Below, piece after piece: positions 38,701 to 48,497 of a stretch of 64,000 nt of DNA. The stretch comes from Podarcis cretensis (taxonomy: Eukaryota), in assembly GCA_951804945.1 (NCBI GenBank), contig OX638150.1, positions 38,750,001 to 38,814,000 on the forward strand, written 5' to 3'. Positions within the stretch are counted from its first letter, which is position 1; each line of letters begins with the position of its first letter. Under the pieces are notes generated by a model, which was not told the DNA's origin, ran no database searches, and saw only the letters and a program-made list of their open reading frames with translations. Made by a program: the position numbers and the translations under genes.

Positions 38701-41700
38701 GCTGCCGGCCCTACATGGCAGTAAGTGGGATTTGAAAACTTATATGTGATGGGTGAGGTGTGAATAGAAATGGAATCCTTTCTTTTACTTGCTTTGTTGT
38801 AAAGGCAGAAGGTAAATATTTTGTACATGAATGGCTGAGGTTGAAATCATTCTTCAGCTTCACAAGCTAAAACTTAGATGAAGTTAGCTTGATGTGAGGC
38901 TTCTCCAGCTTAATCTTAGTACATTACATCACTGCACACCCAAGGTGTGAACAGCTTTTCTTGCAGTAATCAAATCTCTTTCATGCTTTAGTAACCTGGT
39001 CCCTCTACTGGCGAAGGTATTGGAAGCATCCATTTTCTATGTGTTTGCATTTAGATGGTCATTTGTAGGAGGAATCTATAATGAGCTAGTAAAACCCTGT
39101 GGCTCCTACCAGAGCTTTTCCTGGGAAGAAGAGGCTCAGGAATAGAGTGAGGACATTTTGGGCCATGATGGTTACCATACAAAGGTGCAGGGAAACGGGG
39201 AACATACAGTTCAGTGAAATTCCTTTTGAGTAAATTAAGTCTGAGAATTGCTTAGTTACATTCTGATGAGGATGTTGGTGCCTTGTGGTAGCACGGATCA
39301 ATAAAATACAGCTTTAGTTCCCAAATGTGGCAGAATAATTGACTAGTCTAAGAGGGATGCCCCCTATTGCCATTTAAATAACAGACAGATGGTTACACAA
39401 GATTTCCAAAAATACAGATTCTTTTGCCATTTGTTCTTAGTTGGATGTGTTAGTTTTTTTAAGGAGAAGTGATGCCAGATTCAAAGCCACAGATAGCAGA
39501 GAAACAAAGCATATTCTTTCAGAAATACTGGCACCAGCCAAGTGAGACTAATACACTTGAGTTGTGACATTAATAGCAGATGCTTTTGCCAAGCAGAACC
39601 AGATTGGACAAAAGTGCTGCAAAAGATTGAATGGTTCAGTACAATCCTAACAATACAACATCATAAAATGCACAAATAAAATAAGAGGGTAATTTTATAT
39701 AGAATAATATCTAGACTTTAGGCACCTGAAACATTGAAATACGTTTAATACTTCACTGTGATGAAACTTGTATATAATAATTGTCCATGGCTTCCAAGCA
39801 GGAACCATGGGATCTAATTATCCTGAGAAGACTCATATTAAGGGCTTTCAGTTCAGACTCCAGATTCAGTACTTTGGAAAACAGTCCGCCTCAGTCAAAG
39901 ATGCTTAAGGGGCTGCCTAATTTGGCTCAGTGTTTATCCAAGTCCAATTCCTTCCTACCCCTTCACTAGTGAGAAATCAAAAATTTCAGAAGGATAGCTG
40001 CAGTGATTTCTCCTCAAGGCCAGTCTTTGCAGTTTTGGGGTGGGTAAAAAAGGAATCTCTTAAATCTCCCCTAATGTTTGCTTCATTTGCATAATTCATA
40101 CCTTGTTGCAGGATTCTGATTTGCTTTAAATAGAGTACATGCAGCCCTGCATTAGGATTAGGATCATGGAAGGGACAGTTGGTGTTAAATGAATCCTTCT
40201 CCATATCCCACTTCAGTAAATTTTTGTCTTTTTCTTATATAACTGATATTCTTCCTCTAATTTCAGCCAGAGAGGATAGACCCCAGTGCATCCAGGCAAG
40301 GATATGATGTCCGCTCTGATGTCTGGAGCTTAGGGATTACATTGGTAAGTGAGAAATGCTAAGGGCTTTGCATGCTGCTGGAGATAAAACCCTAAAGCAG
40401 CTTGTGAAGCAGCTTTAGAAGAAGTAAAAGCTAAACTGGCATTACTCTTGTGAACATGTACGCTGTGATAGGGCCTGCATTTCCTCCCTGAATAACAGAC
40501 CTGGCTCAGCTTTCCTCTGCTATGCAGTTTGGCTTCCGTGGCTACTTTTTATCAGCAGTGACTTTACTCTGTTACTAGGGGGCAGCAATGCATGCTAAAC
40601 CTCAAAAGAACCATGCTTTAAGCTAGGAAATCTGTTCCTTGCTGCCCCTTTAGAGCCAATGCAAGCCCAGACTTCCTAGGTTTGGACCACTGAAGAAAGC
40701 AAACTTAGTAGGAGTGGAGAAGAGTGTATTGAAGCAGAAAGGTAGAAACCAAGGGTTCGGTCTAATCAGAGACAATTCCAGATTCGAAGGGGCTGTTACC
40801 CTCTCTGGGCACATACACCCTTAGCATTAGCCTAGTAGTCACCCCCAAAGTGGAGCTGACTAGGGGTGGGGACAGGTGGCAATGGTATTGAAGGGGGAAA
40901 CCAGGAACTCCAGCTACCACCTCCTTCATTTCCCTGGAATGCCTCTGGGCCCTGCCCTAGCGTGTACAGTGGACGCTCGGGTTGCGAATGTGATCCATGC
41001 GGGAAGCACGTTCGCAACCCGCAGCGCCGCATCTGCACACGTGCAAGTTGCAATTTGGCGCTTCTGCACATGTGCAAAGCACGATTTAGTGCTTCTGCGC
41101 AAGCACTGAAACCCAGAAGTAACCTGTTCTGGTACTTCCGGTTTTGGCGCAGTGCATAACCCAAAGCTTCTGTAACCCGAGGTATGACTAGTATGTTTAT
41201 GAGGAATGGGTAGACATTGTTTCCACTGCCTTTTTTATGGGAAGCTTGAGGTCCGTCAACTGGAGACAAATGCAAAATGGGGGCTTGGGTTAATGCAGAA
41301 CACACACACTATTATTTCATGTGTTTTAAAGGTCAAGTACTTGCCTGCTGTTTTGTGAACATTTTAAATTTAATTGAAGCAGCTGGTAAGTTGCCCACTG
41401 TCTCCCCAGCAGTTGCCTGCACACCTCGTATGATTCTTCTTCTTTTTAACAAAAGAAGTGGAAAGCATTGCAGCTCTTCTACAGCAGCAAGATAGAATTT
41501 CTCCCCTATCTGTGGAAAGCAGACTTGTGGGCTTTTCACAAATGGTAAAGTGTGTTTAAGGGGCTCTTCATCTGAATACATCCAGCTGCAAAGACAAGGA
41601 AAAAAAGAATGTTTGTGGGGAGCAGGGGGCATTAGGATGCAGAGGGTTGAGCTCTTTTAAGTTGCTACAATGTCTGGGAATCTCTTTTGAGTACCGGAAC

Positions 41701-44078
41701 TATTATTTCTCAGGTACAAGCCATCTCCTGCTTTCCCCCAAGCTTTCTTGATTTCAGCTGGCTAATTTGGGAGGGTTGCTATTGTTAAACCATAAGGAGT
41801 TGGAAACCTTGCACAGAGCTTCTGCTGGTGGGGCTTGTTTGGAGAATCCTCGCTCCCAGCCTCCTGTCCCCATGAACTTTACAATGTCTAATCTAGCCCA
41901 TGTTGTTCCTTTTCCTTTCGGTGTAGTATGAACTGGCCACAGGACGGTTCCCCTATCCCAAATGGAATAGTGTATTTGATCAACTGACACAAGTAGTCAA
42001 AGGAGACCCACCACAGCTGAGTAACTCAGAGGAACGGGAGTTCTCCCAAAGTTTTATCAACTTTGTCAACTTGTGGTGAGTATGCCTCGCTCTGGGGCTC
42101 TTCAGGGCATTAGTAAGTGGTTCTGGCTCAGGCTTCCAACTCTGTCCCTCAGCAACTTGCATGTGGCAGCAACATCCAAGAGTATTCATGTTGCTGGAAA
42201 TGGTGCATTTTTCCTCCACTGAGGATGAAAGTGGGTTGGGGGGAGAAAGCTGCAGTATGAAGAGCCACTTGCAAGCCTTAAATTAATGCCACATTTCCTG
42301 CATGTGTGATGGAAGTGGTGGCTTGGAGAGATTTAGACATGTCCTTCCCTAGTTGAGTTGCCACTCAGCGTGAAGGCAACGCAGATCTTCCTTACTGACT
42401 TCTCACATTTGACAAATAGCACTGGGATGGTAGGGAGGCCTTTCCTCAGGCTGTGTCTGTAGCAAGACCTTTTGTAGCCCCTAATTACATCTTGGAGATC
42501 CGTTTGTTGTTGCCTCCTCAATATATGATAGAGGGAGCAGCGATTGCATCAAATAGAGTGCACACTGTAAACTGCAGAATATATCTTTGTAGTGCCTCCT
42601 GCTGGGAGTTTGCCTACCTGCAGGTTTGTAGCTGTGATATTTTAAATGAATCTTGATAAGCTGTGTTTGCCTCATTGCAGCACAATTATTACATTGTCCT
42701 GTGGATAAAACGAAGTGGATCTGAGTCGGTTGCTCTTGTTACATTTAGCACACCAGAATGGGCTCAGGAAGCGTTATGTGAGCAATTTAACATCGTTTAG
42801 TATATTAGTCTACATCAGTGGTGATTTGGAGCCTTGCAGGAGCTAGAATAGCTAAAGATACCTTTAAGATGAAACAATTGCCTTTGAGGCTATAATCACA
42901 CAAAAGAGAAAGCGGAGGAGTGGTATTTAAAGGAGAATGATCAATGTACATTTTACAAACTGATTAAAGCAAGAGTCGCTTCAAATTCACTACAGTGTTG
43001 ATGTGCTGCCACCTGTTGGTTTGACATATTTCTGCAGTGTTTTTAAAATGCAGTTAATTAGCCTCTTGAGCTGATTTCTTAGAGGCAAATGGGCAGGACC
43101 AGACTGTCTTTAGTTCAGTGATGTTCTTTCCTCCTTAGAAAGGTGGGGAGCAGGTTTTGTGTTAAGTAGCCAAGGCCCTTGAAAAGCAACTGTGGCATTT
43201 TCCTCTCTGCTGAGCTCTCTATATTCATTTATGGCTGGTTATGGTAGTGCAAGAAGGATCTTTTTTAAGAATCCCCCTGTGTTTGTTTATGAATGGTTAA
43301 TTTCATGCTGCACAGGTCTTGAGAAATAAGGAAAAGGAAACTTCCCTGATGCCAGGAAGTTGTTGAAAGGCTGTGTACTTCCTGCATTCAGAATTTTAAA
43401 ACAATGGAGTGAGAGACGTACTGATAGGTTGCAGACTTCAGAGTGCTTCTGGTTATATTGCAGCATTTTCTTGGTTACCTGCAGACCAAGAACAGTCCTG
43501 GGATTCCCAATACCTACAACATACTCTGAGCCTAATAGGCAATACAAAGGTGAAAATACAGTGTCCAGGGCTTCTGCATAGTTTGGTAGAAAGAGGAATT
43601 TCAATAGTGCATCTTGTCTTGCGTGGCTCATCTGCTGAAATTCCCAGTCCTATACAGCTTGCAGAAGCCCTGTCCTCTTTTTAAAATTTATTTCTTTACC
43701 TGATTGCCCTGGGTGAAAGAGACGGCAGGTCACTATCACTGTATGAGTTGGTTTTATAGCCACAGCCTTTGGACAGAGAGGTGACTTAAATGACCATTAA
43801 TGATCATCATCATTCATATAGGTGCATTCATGCGATAGAATTGCAGTCTCTGACAGTGTGCAGTGTCTTAACTGCCCAACACTTAATTTCAGATGTTTTT
43901 CTGCTAATGTTCTGTCACCCTAATCCTCTTACTGATCTTTTTAGCCTTACAAAGGACGAGTCCAAAAGGCCAAAGTATAAGGAGCTTCTGGTGAGTATGA
44001 TGGGATATGTGAATGCATGAGACTAGAACTGGCTAAGACTTTAAGGACTTTAAAGACTTTTAACTCTTTTGAAGCTTG

Positions 44079-44122
<44 letters not shown>

Positions 44123-44810
44123 CCCCACCCATCTGACTGGGCTGCCCCAGCCACTCTGGGCAGCTTCCAACAGATATTATTGGGCATTCTGTAGCAGCAC
44201 CCATTGCTATTCCCATTTTGTGAGATATGAGCTGCATTCTACCTGTTTAGTGCAAACAGTGAGGCTGGGCTTGCTATTTTGTCTTTTGCTGTGGTGAGCA
44301 ATGAAGCAAGCCCACATTTAGTTATTTAGTTCATTCAGGGGTTGTGTTGTGTATCTAGAGAATTAAAGTTTTTTTTTGCAATTGCACAACATATTTAATT
44401 GGTATAATTAAAATTTGATTTTGGGATTTGTCTGCTTCACCAATTATCCATTTCCTCCCAAACGTAAGGCCAAGGGATGTACTGTACCCCACCTGCCTTC
44501 TCTGTGTGTATATGCCCATGTTGATGCTTGGAGCCCTTCTACTGAATCTTGTGAGCTGGTACCTCAGCGCAGCAACTCATAACACCTGTTAAGTGTTAAG
44601 TTGCATGGAAGTACCTTTGGGAGCTCACACGTCTTCGGGAGGCACCTTCTGTGCTCCAAAAGTGAGACTATATTTTGTTCCCTTCTCTTCTACCAGAAAC
44701 ATCCCTTCATCCTAATGTATGAGGAGCGAACAGTGGACGTTGCGTGCTATGTTTGTAAAATCCTGGATCAAATGCCAACGACTCCGAGCTCTCCAATGTA
44801 TGTCGATTGA
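504..44810 (+). CDS. MAP2K4: MAP2K4 / MKK4 dual-specificity MAP kinase kinase 4, full spliced CDS (11 constitutive exons, 1161 nt, 386 aa; 397 aa with the microexon)
   Basis: join(504..582,18563..18662,32183..32357,35713..35832,37125..37244,37854..37905,38593..38720,40267..40344,41927..42075,43945..43990,44697..44810). All introns are GT-AG and phases are consistent. The translation contains the D-site [26 protein letters not shown], the SIAKT activation loop and the C-terminal PSSPMYVD. Confidence 0.98.
2711..2740. repeat. (TG)15 microsatellite
   Basis: Read directly. Confidence 0.95.
4377..4513. mobile_element. hAT-type MITE
   Basis: TIRs CAGGGCTTTTTTT / AAAAATAGCACTG; perfect 8-bp TSD ATTAGAAG; second copy at 58666-58791. 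Confidence 0.85.
5340..6158 (+). mobile_element. CR1 LINE 3' fragment (degraded RT C-terminus plus 3'UTR)
   Basis: CR1-type motifs (W-MQF---KCKVLH; [11 protein letters not shown]; gaaagggcaaccaaa) and a ttcttatgttctta tail. Confidence 0.85.
6260..6624 (+). mobile_element. Full-length Sauria SINE
   Basis: tRNA-like head with A/B boxes (gtggcgctgtgg; ggttcgaatccc), core ctgccaacctagcagttcgaaagca, and (ACCTTT)n tail; flanked by an 87-bp direct repeat. Confidence 0.95.
8231..8392. mobile_element. Tc1/mariner (Tc2-like) MITE
   Basis: Perfect 22-bp TIR CCGTATTTTTCTGTGTATAAGA; TA on both sides. Confidence 0.9.
10259..10291 (+). CDS. MAP2K4: MAP2K4 alternative 33-nt microexon, (G)[10 protein letters not shown](S)
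   Basis: tttttgctttag|GC TTT CAG ATA AAC TTC TGT GAA AAA GCA CAA A|gtaagc; phase 1-1. Matches the [12 protein letters not shown] insert I recall from the longer mammalian MKK4 isoform. Confidence 0.92.
12337..12610. mobile_element. hAT (Charlie-like) MITE
   Basis: TIRs CAGGGGTAGGCAACCT / AGGTTGCTGACCCCTG; TSD gactaggg/cactaggg; inverted copy at 56582-56832. Confidence 0.88.
14857..15045. mobile_element. hAT (MER5-like) MITE
   Basis: TIRs CAGTGCTACTCAAA / TTTGAGAAACACTG; TSD gaccaggg/gactaggg. Confidence 0.8.
18563..18662 (+). CDS. MAP2K4: MAP2K4 exon 2 (JNK/p38 docking D-site)
   Basis: ctctcag|GT AAG CGC AGA...; [32 protein letters not shown]; donor AT|gtgagt. Confidence 0.97.
20480..20569. 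mobile_element. About 90-bp palindromic squamate MITE-like repeat (other copies near 1280-1364, 4040-4110, 16965-17056, 24950-25042, 55647-55720, 61828-61897)
   Basis: Recurrent ggctgcaatcct...tactcagaagtaa...aggattgcagcc self-complementary unit. Confidence 0.75.
22881..23050. mobile_element. Probable Harbinger-like MITE (second copy 25996-26170)
   Basis: Two similar copies (gaatctacacac...ctagtgtcaca...tttgcagctgtatag) with imperfect TIRs. Confidence 0.65.
25346..25387 (+). CDS. Candidate 42-nt in-frame cassette exon of MAP2K4 (unconfirmed)
   Basis: cactttcaaaag|G AGA GAA GCG GAG ATG ATC GTG AAA CTT TCC AGC AGG CTA CA|gtaagc. Length is a multiple of 3 and it is open in the phase-2 frame of intron 2. 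Confidence 0.45.
25996..26170. mobile_element. Probable Harbinger-like MITE
   Basis: Homologous to 22881-23050. Confidence 0.65.
32183..32357 (+). CDS. MAP2K4: MAP2K4 exon 3 (kinase Gly-rich loop, catalytic Lys)
   Basis: [58 protein letters not shown]; ttggcag| ... |gtaggt. Confidence 0.98.
32735..32896 (-). mobile_element. Sauria SINE 5' fragment
   Basis: Reverse complement of the SINE head (gggacgcaggtggtgctgtgg...ctgccaacctagcagtttgaaa). Confidence 0.88.
35360..35485 (+). mobile_element. Old tRNA-derived SINE fragment (MIR/Squam3-like)
   Basis: gtggtggttaga...caggtttgaatcc...ctcagcctaacc..acagg-like layout. Confidence 0.6.
35713..35832 (+). CDS. MAP2K4: MAP2K4 exon 4
   Basis: [40 protein letters not shown]; AG/GT flanks. 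Confidence 0.98.
36335..36845. mobile_element. Tc2-like non-autonomous DNA transposon with GC-rich interior
   Basis: TIRs CCGTATATACTCACGTATAAGC / GCTTTTACTTGAGTACATATGG; TA flanks; internal repeats of ggcttatact. Confidence 0.85.
37125..37244 (+). CDS. MAP2K4: MAP2K4 exon 5
   Basis: [40 protein letters not shown]; AG/GT flanks. Confidence 0.98.
37854..37905 (+). CDS. MAP2K4: MAP2K4 exon 6
   Basis: [17 protein letters not shown](D); AG/GT flanks. Confidence 0.98.
38593..38720 (+). CDS. MAP2K4: MAP2K4 exon 7 (catalytic loop, DFG, activation loop)
   Basis: [42 protein letters not shown]. Confidence 0.98.
40267..40344 (+). CDS. MAP2K4: MAP2K4 exon 8
   Basis: [26 protein letters not shown]. 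Confidence 0.98.
40967..41191. mobile_element. Tigger/mariner-like MITE
   Basis: ta|CAGTGGACGCTCGGGTT...AACCCGAGGTATGACT; related to 51042-51264 in the opposite orientation. Confidence 0.8.
41927..42075 (+). CDS. MAP2K4: MAP2K4 exon 9
   Basis: [49 protein letters not shown](C). Confidence 0.98.
43945..43990 (+). CDS. MAP2K4: MAP2K4 exon 10
   Basis: [15 protein letters not shown]; ttag| ... |gtgagt. Confidence 0.98.
44080..44172 (-). mobile_element. LINE (L2-type) 3' tail with (TAA)n microsatellite
   Basis: Minus strand reads tgttggaagctgcccagagtggctggggcagcccagtcagatgggtggggta followed by about 14 TAA units. Confidence 0.75.
44697..44810 (+). CDS. MAP2K4: MAP2K4 exon 11 (coding part, DVD region, stop)
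   Basis: [40 protein letters not shown]. Confidence 0.98.
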   Translation, partial: KHPFILMYEERTVDVACYVCKILDQMPTTPSSPMYVD

Positions 44811-46453
44811 TACTGCTGCTACATCAAAACTCTAGTGCAAATGCTGAGAAAAAGCAAGATGTACAGAATCTCCACCCCGTATTGCAGTGTTTTAACGCTC
44901 GCCCAGACACCATGTGCAATAATGTTGGTGTTTTTCTTCCATTCTGTCTGTATATTATTGTCACTTATAAAGTGCATCCATGTAATAATACCTGATCACA
45001 GTGTTAGTGTCAGTCAAAGAGAGACCTCATTTTGCTCTTTTTGTGGACATATTCATAAAATGTGGAAATAAGTAACATTTTATTTGTTGACCATGATTGG
45101 ATAGCACCTAAAGTTAATTTCTAGACTCAGAGACTTCTCAGCAGCTACTGGAATGATTTTATTCTCTCAAACTCTTCCAATTGTTACAGATAATATAAAA
45201 GAAAGGAAGTTAGGCATTGGCCTATCTGATTCTGAACATAAACTGCTTGGGGAGAAAGAAACTTTTATGCAGCCAAATGAGCTACTTTTACCTTCTGAAG
45301 CCAACAAAGGCAAAGAGGGGATAATATATAAATATATATATAAATATATTTCTTCACAAAGTGCAATAGATTAATTGATTTGAAATTCTGTTGCTTTTCA
45401 GTCACAATATGTTTTGAAGACAATTGTGGCTCAGCAGAACTTCATATTTCAGAGGGAGAAAGAAGTGATCATGTAAAATGGACTATGTCTTTACCAAAAA
45501 ATAAAAATAAAAATGCATTGCATTGCATTGAAAGGAGCTAACAATTAAACTCATGAGAGTATGAGTTTGAACTCATGGAGAATAATGTATTGTTTCATTT
45601 TCCAAGCAAGCCACTCTTCAGTAGAACTAGGTGTCCTGTAAATTGTTACCTGGTGAGATAAGACTTTTACCTGAGGAATTATTAAACTACTCAGTTGAAT
45701 TTAACTGGCTTGTGACCCCTGATTTCCAACTCATGGCTAAACTTTCACCATTGAAAGGGTACGGGACAGTTCGCAGTTGTGAAGAGCTATTTTACATTGT
45801 TAATAATTATTTGTAATTTATCTCCATCAAACTTTTCATGTTTTCCAGTTGCATAGAAACTTCCCACAGAGCTCCAGATATGACTTGGATTTCTGATATT
45901 AACCATCAGATCAAATAAACTCCCCATATCCCCATCAGTTGGATAGTTGGGCTTCCAAAATCATTACAAAGAGGATGCTAAATATGTTTGCTTTCATTTT
46001 GTGGATGAATTCGTTTATTAGAATTTCCTAACACAACGGTAACTAAGAGAACTGGAATGTTAAGTTCTTAAATGCATGTGACAGAAAAAAGGAAACCCAG
46101 AGGTTATATTGCCAGACCGGGGAGTGGGGTGGGGGAGCCCTTTAAACAATTATATTGTCAACTCAACTGCATCCAGTATGATCTTATCTTCTAAGTCACA
46201 AGGGGGAGGAAGTAGTGTTTTTTAAAATCCAAAGTTATTTGTAATCTCAGTAACTGTCACTTTTTAACATGTAATACTAGAATTGTAAGGGAATTAAGCT
46301 TTACCATTGAGTGGGTCAGCGATAACAAGACCCTGTTACTATAACCAGTTAACTTAATTTTCTCTAGTATACCAGCTGATTAATAGGATTTGGGGGCAAA
46401 AACTTGGTCAACACCATAAGAGATAATGTATTGAAATGGGAACCAGTTGGGAC

Positions 46454-46579
46454 CAGGGCCATTCCAAGACATTTTGCTGCCTGAGGCAAATGACAAGTGC
46501 AGAAGCTGACCAAACTGCCAGGTAAGCACCCACCACCTGAGCGGCTGTTTCACTTGCCCAATGGTAGGCAAAGTCCCTG
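46454..46579. mobile_element. hAT-type MITE inside the inferred MAP2K4 3'UTR
   Basis: CAGGG...CCCTG ends; perfect 8-bp TSD GTTGGGAC. Confidence 0.85.
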
Positions 46580-48031
46580 GTTGGGACTGTTTTAATGTAG
46601 TAATTATTCATTGTAATCCACTCAGGTGGAAGATTTTCAATCTCATCCAGATGTTCCCAAACTCTATATGCATATCTCCTGGCTTTTCCTCTTTGTGCCT
46701 GCTGGAAATTGAATAGTAATTAGAGCTCCCTTCATTTTGCATTCTATTCTCACGTACGTTAGCAGTGCATTTCCATTCGGTCAACCGCAAATGGAGGTAG
46801 CTCCTATTCAGGCTCAGTGGATGTCTGAGAGAAACTGACTGTTCTAGCATATTAATCATAGATTGATATATTAAAGGTGCAGCATTTATATTACAGTATA
46901 TGTTTATAAAGATGTATAGTGTTCAGAAGCTGTGAAAATAGTGTAAGAACTGTACATTGTGAGCTCTGGTTTAATTTTTTTCTTGTACCATAGAAAAAAA
47001 TGTAAAGTTTATTGAGAAGCTGATGTGCAGGGGATATTGCCTTATTGTCTGTAAGTAAAATGGAGTTTGACAACATGATAGCTTCTAAGAGCTTCCAACT
47101 ATTTTATCCTCTCCTGGTTTGACATCCTCTTCTATTTAAAATACTCTACATGGAATCAAAGTGTTAATGTAATAGGTTCTCCCCCACCCCCCGCCTGCAG
47201 GTCAGTTGTAATAAATCAAGGATCCGAATATGATCTTGCTATAAGGTCAGACATGATGATGGGGAAATCAATAAATGCAAAATGAAATTTTAAAATGCCA
47301 TCTTTCTCTGGCCAAGTTTTCCTATTTATTGATGTTTGCAAGAAGGACCAAAAGGGATGGTGGGACTTTGAGGGGGTGCCCCTGAAATACAAGAGGCTCA
47401 GCTGATCCTGACCATTGTTTGACCTTTAAACAATTTTTTTACTCCCCTGAACAAATTACTTTGTTTGCTGTCTATGCATTTTACACAGTGGTACCCCCAT
47501 GCTGACTGCAAGCTTTTTAATCTAGCAGAGCTTCCATCAGTAGAATGGGGAGGGGTGTGCTTTTTGTTATTCCCCCACAGTCTCCTATGCCATCTCACGC
47601 ACTGTTCTGAAGGGTTCCCCCAACCCTATGGAGTATGTTTTGGGGGACTTCAGGTTGGAAGGAGGAACTGCCAAAAATTGCCTCTCACCCCATTCTGCTG
47701 CTGGAAGCCTTTGCTGGATCAAAGAGCTTTCTATCAGCGTATGGGAGAAATCATTGGATAATATTTTTCATCTTTAGCTACTACTGTATTTGAGGTCTGA
47801 CATTACCACATGAATGACCCAGTTACTTGGGTCATGCATGGCGTATAACACTTGTGCATCCTAGATTTGAATTTGCCTTTTGGGCAACAGCATCACGTTG
47901 CTGATTTATGTTATATTTGTAATTTAACACAAAAGATATCTCTCATCAGTAGCCCTGCCCAACAAGGTAGCTGCCATTTGGGACTTTTGCTTCTTGTTCC
48001 ATCTGTTTTGTATTTTTATGTTACTGGTTTC

Positions 48032-48037
48032 AATAAA
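48032..48037 (+). terminator. MAP2K4: Probable distal poly(A) signal of MAP2K4
   Basis: AATAAA preceded by tttgtatttttatgttactggtttc (UGUA/U-rich upstream element). Confidence 0.6.
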
Positions 48038-48491
48038 TTCATTGAAATCATTTTGAACTAAATTCTCATACGTTCTCCAGACCATTACCAGCCTCTTCCA
48101 TTTCTATCATTTGGGGTGGGTGGGGGGAGGCATTTTTTTTAAAAAAAAGATTTTATTTTGTAGACCAGAGGGGGAAATTGCATTTTTCACTTCTCCTTTA
48201 GCAGTTAAATGACAAGAAGCTGTGATATGACGTGTCTTTGAAGTTCACTGAACAAATTATTGACTTTCTGCCTAACTTTCTGCACATAGTGGCTTGTAAA
48301 GGTGAAATGAGAGATAAACTAGTCCAGGCTGGCCAGGCTTTATGGATAGAGCACTGAAGAAATCTTGGAATGTCTACTATTGTTAAAGCTTGCACATGAC
48401 AAAATAACTGCAAAACAAGCACTCAGTGTGACATCACAGGGAGTCTTTTAATTAAGTACGGCAGTGCTGATCACAGAGGTAAGGCATTGTG

Positions 48492-48497
48492 TTTATT
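48492..48497 (-). terminator. MYOCD: Probable poly(A) signal of MYOCD
   Basis: TTTATT on + reads AATAAA on -, in the context cactgtaAATAAAcacaatgcc at the end of an AU/UGUA-rich block. A second candidate lies at 48152-48157. Confidence 0.55.

Larger units (their letters stand above)
44811..48055 (+). other. MAP2K4: MAP2K4 3'UTR (3' end inferred)
   Basis: Follows the stop codon; AU-rich with several miRNA 8-mer seeds. AATAAA at about 45500, 45914, 47210, 47269 and 48032; the last has a U-rich upstream element. Confidence 0.6.
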
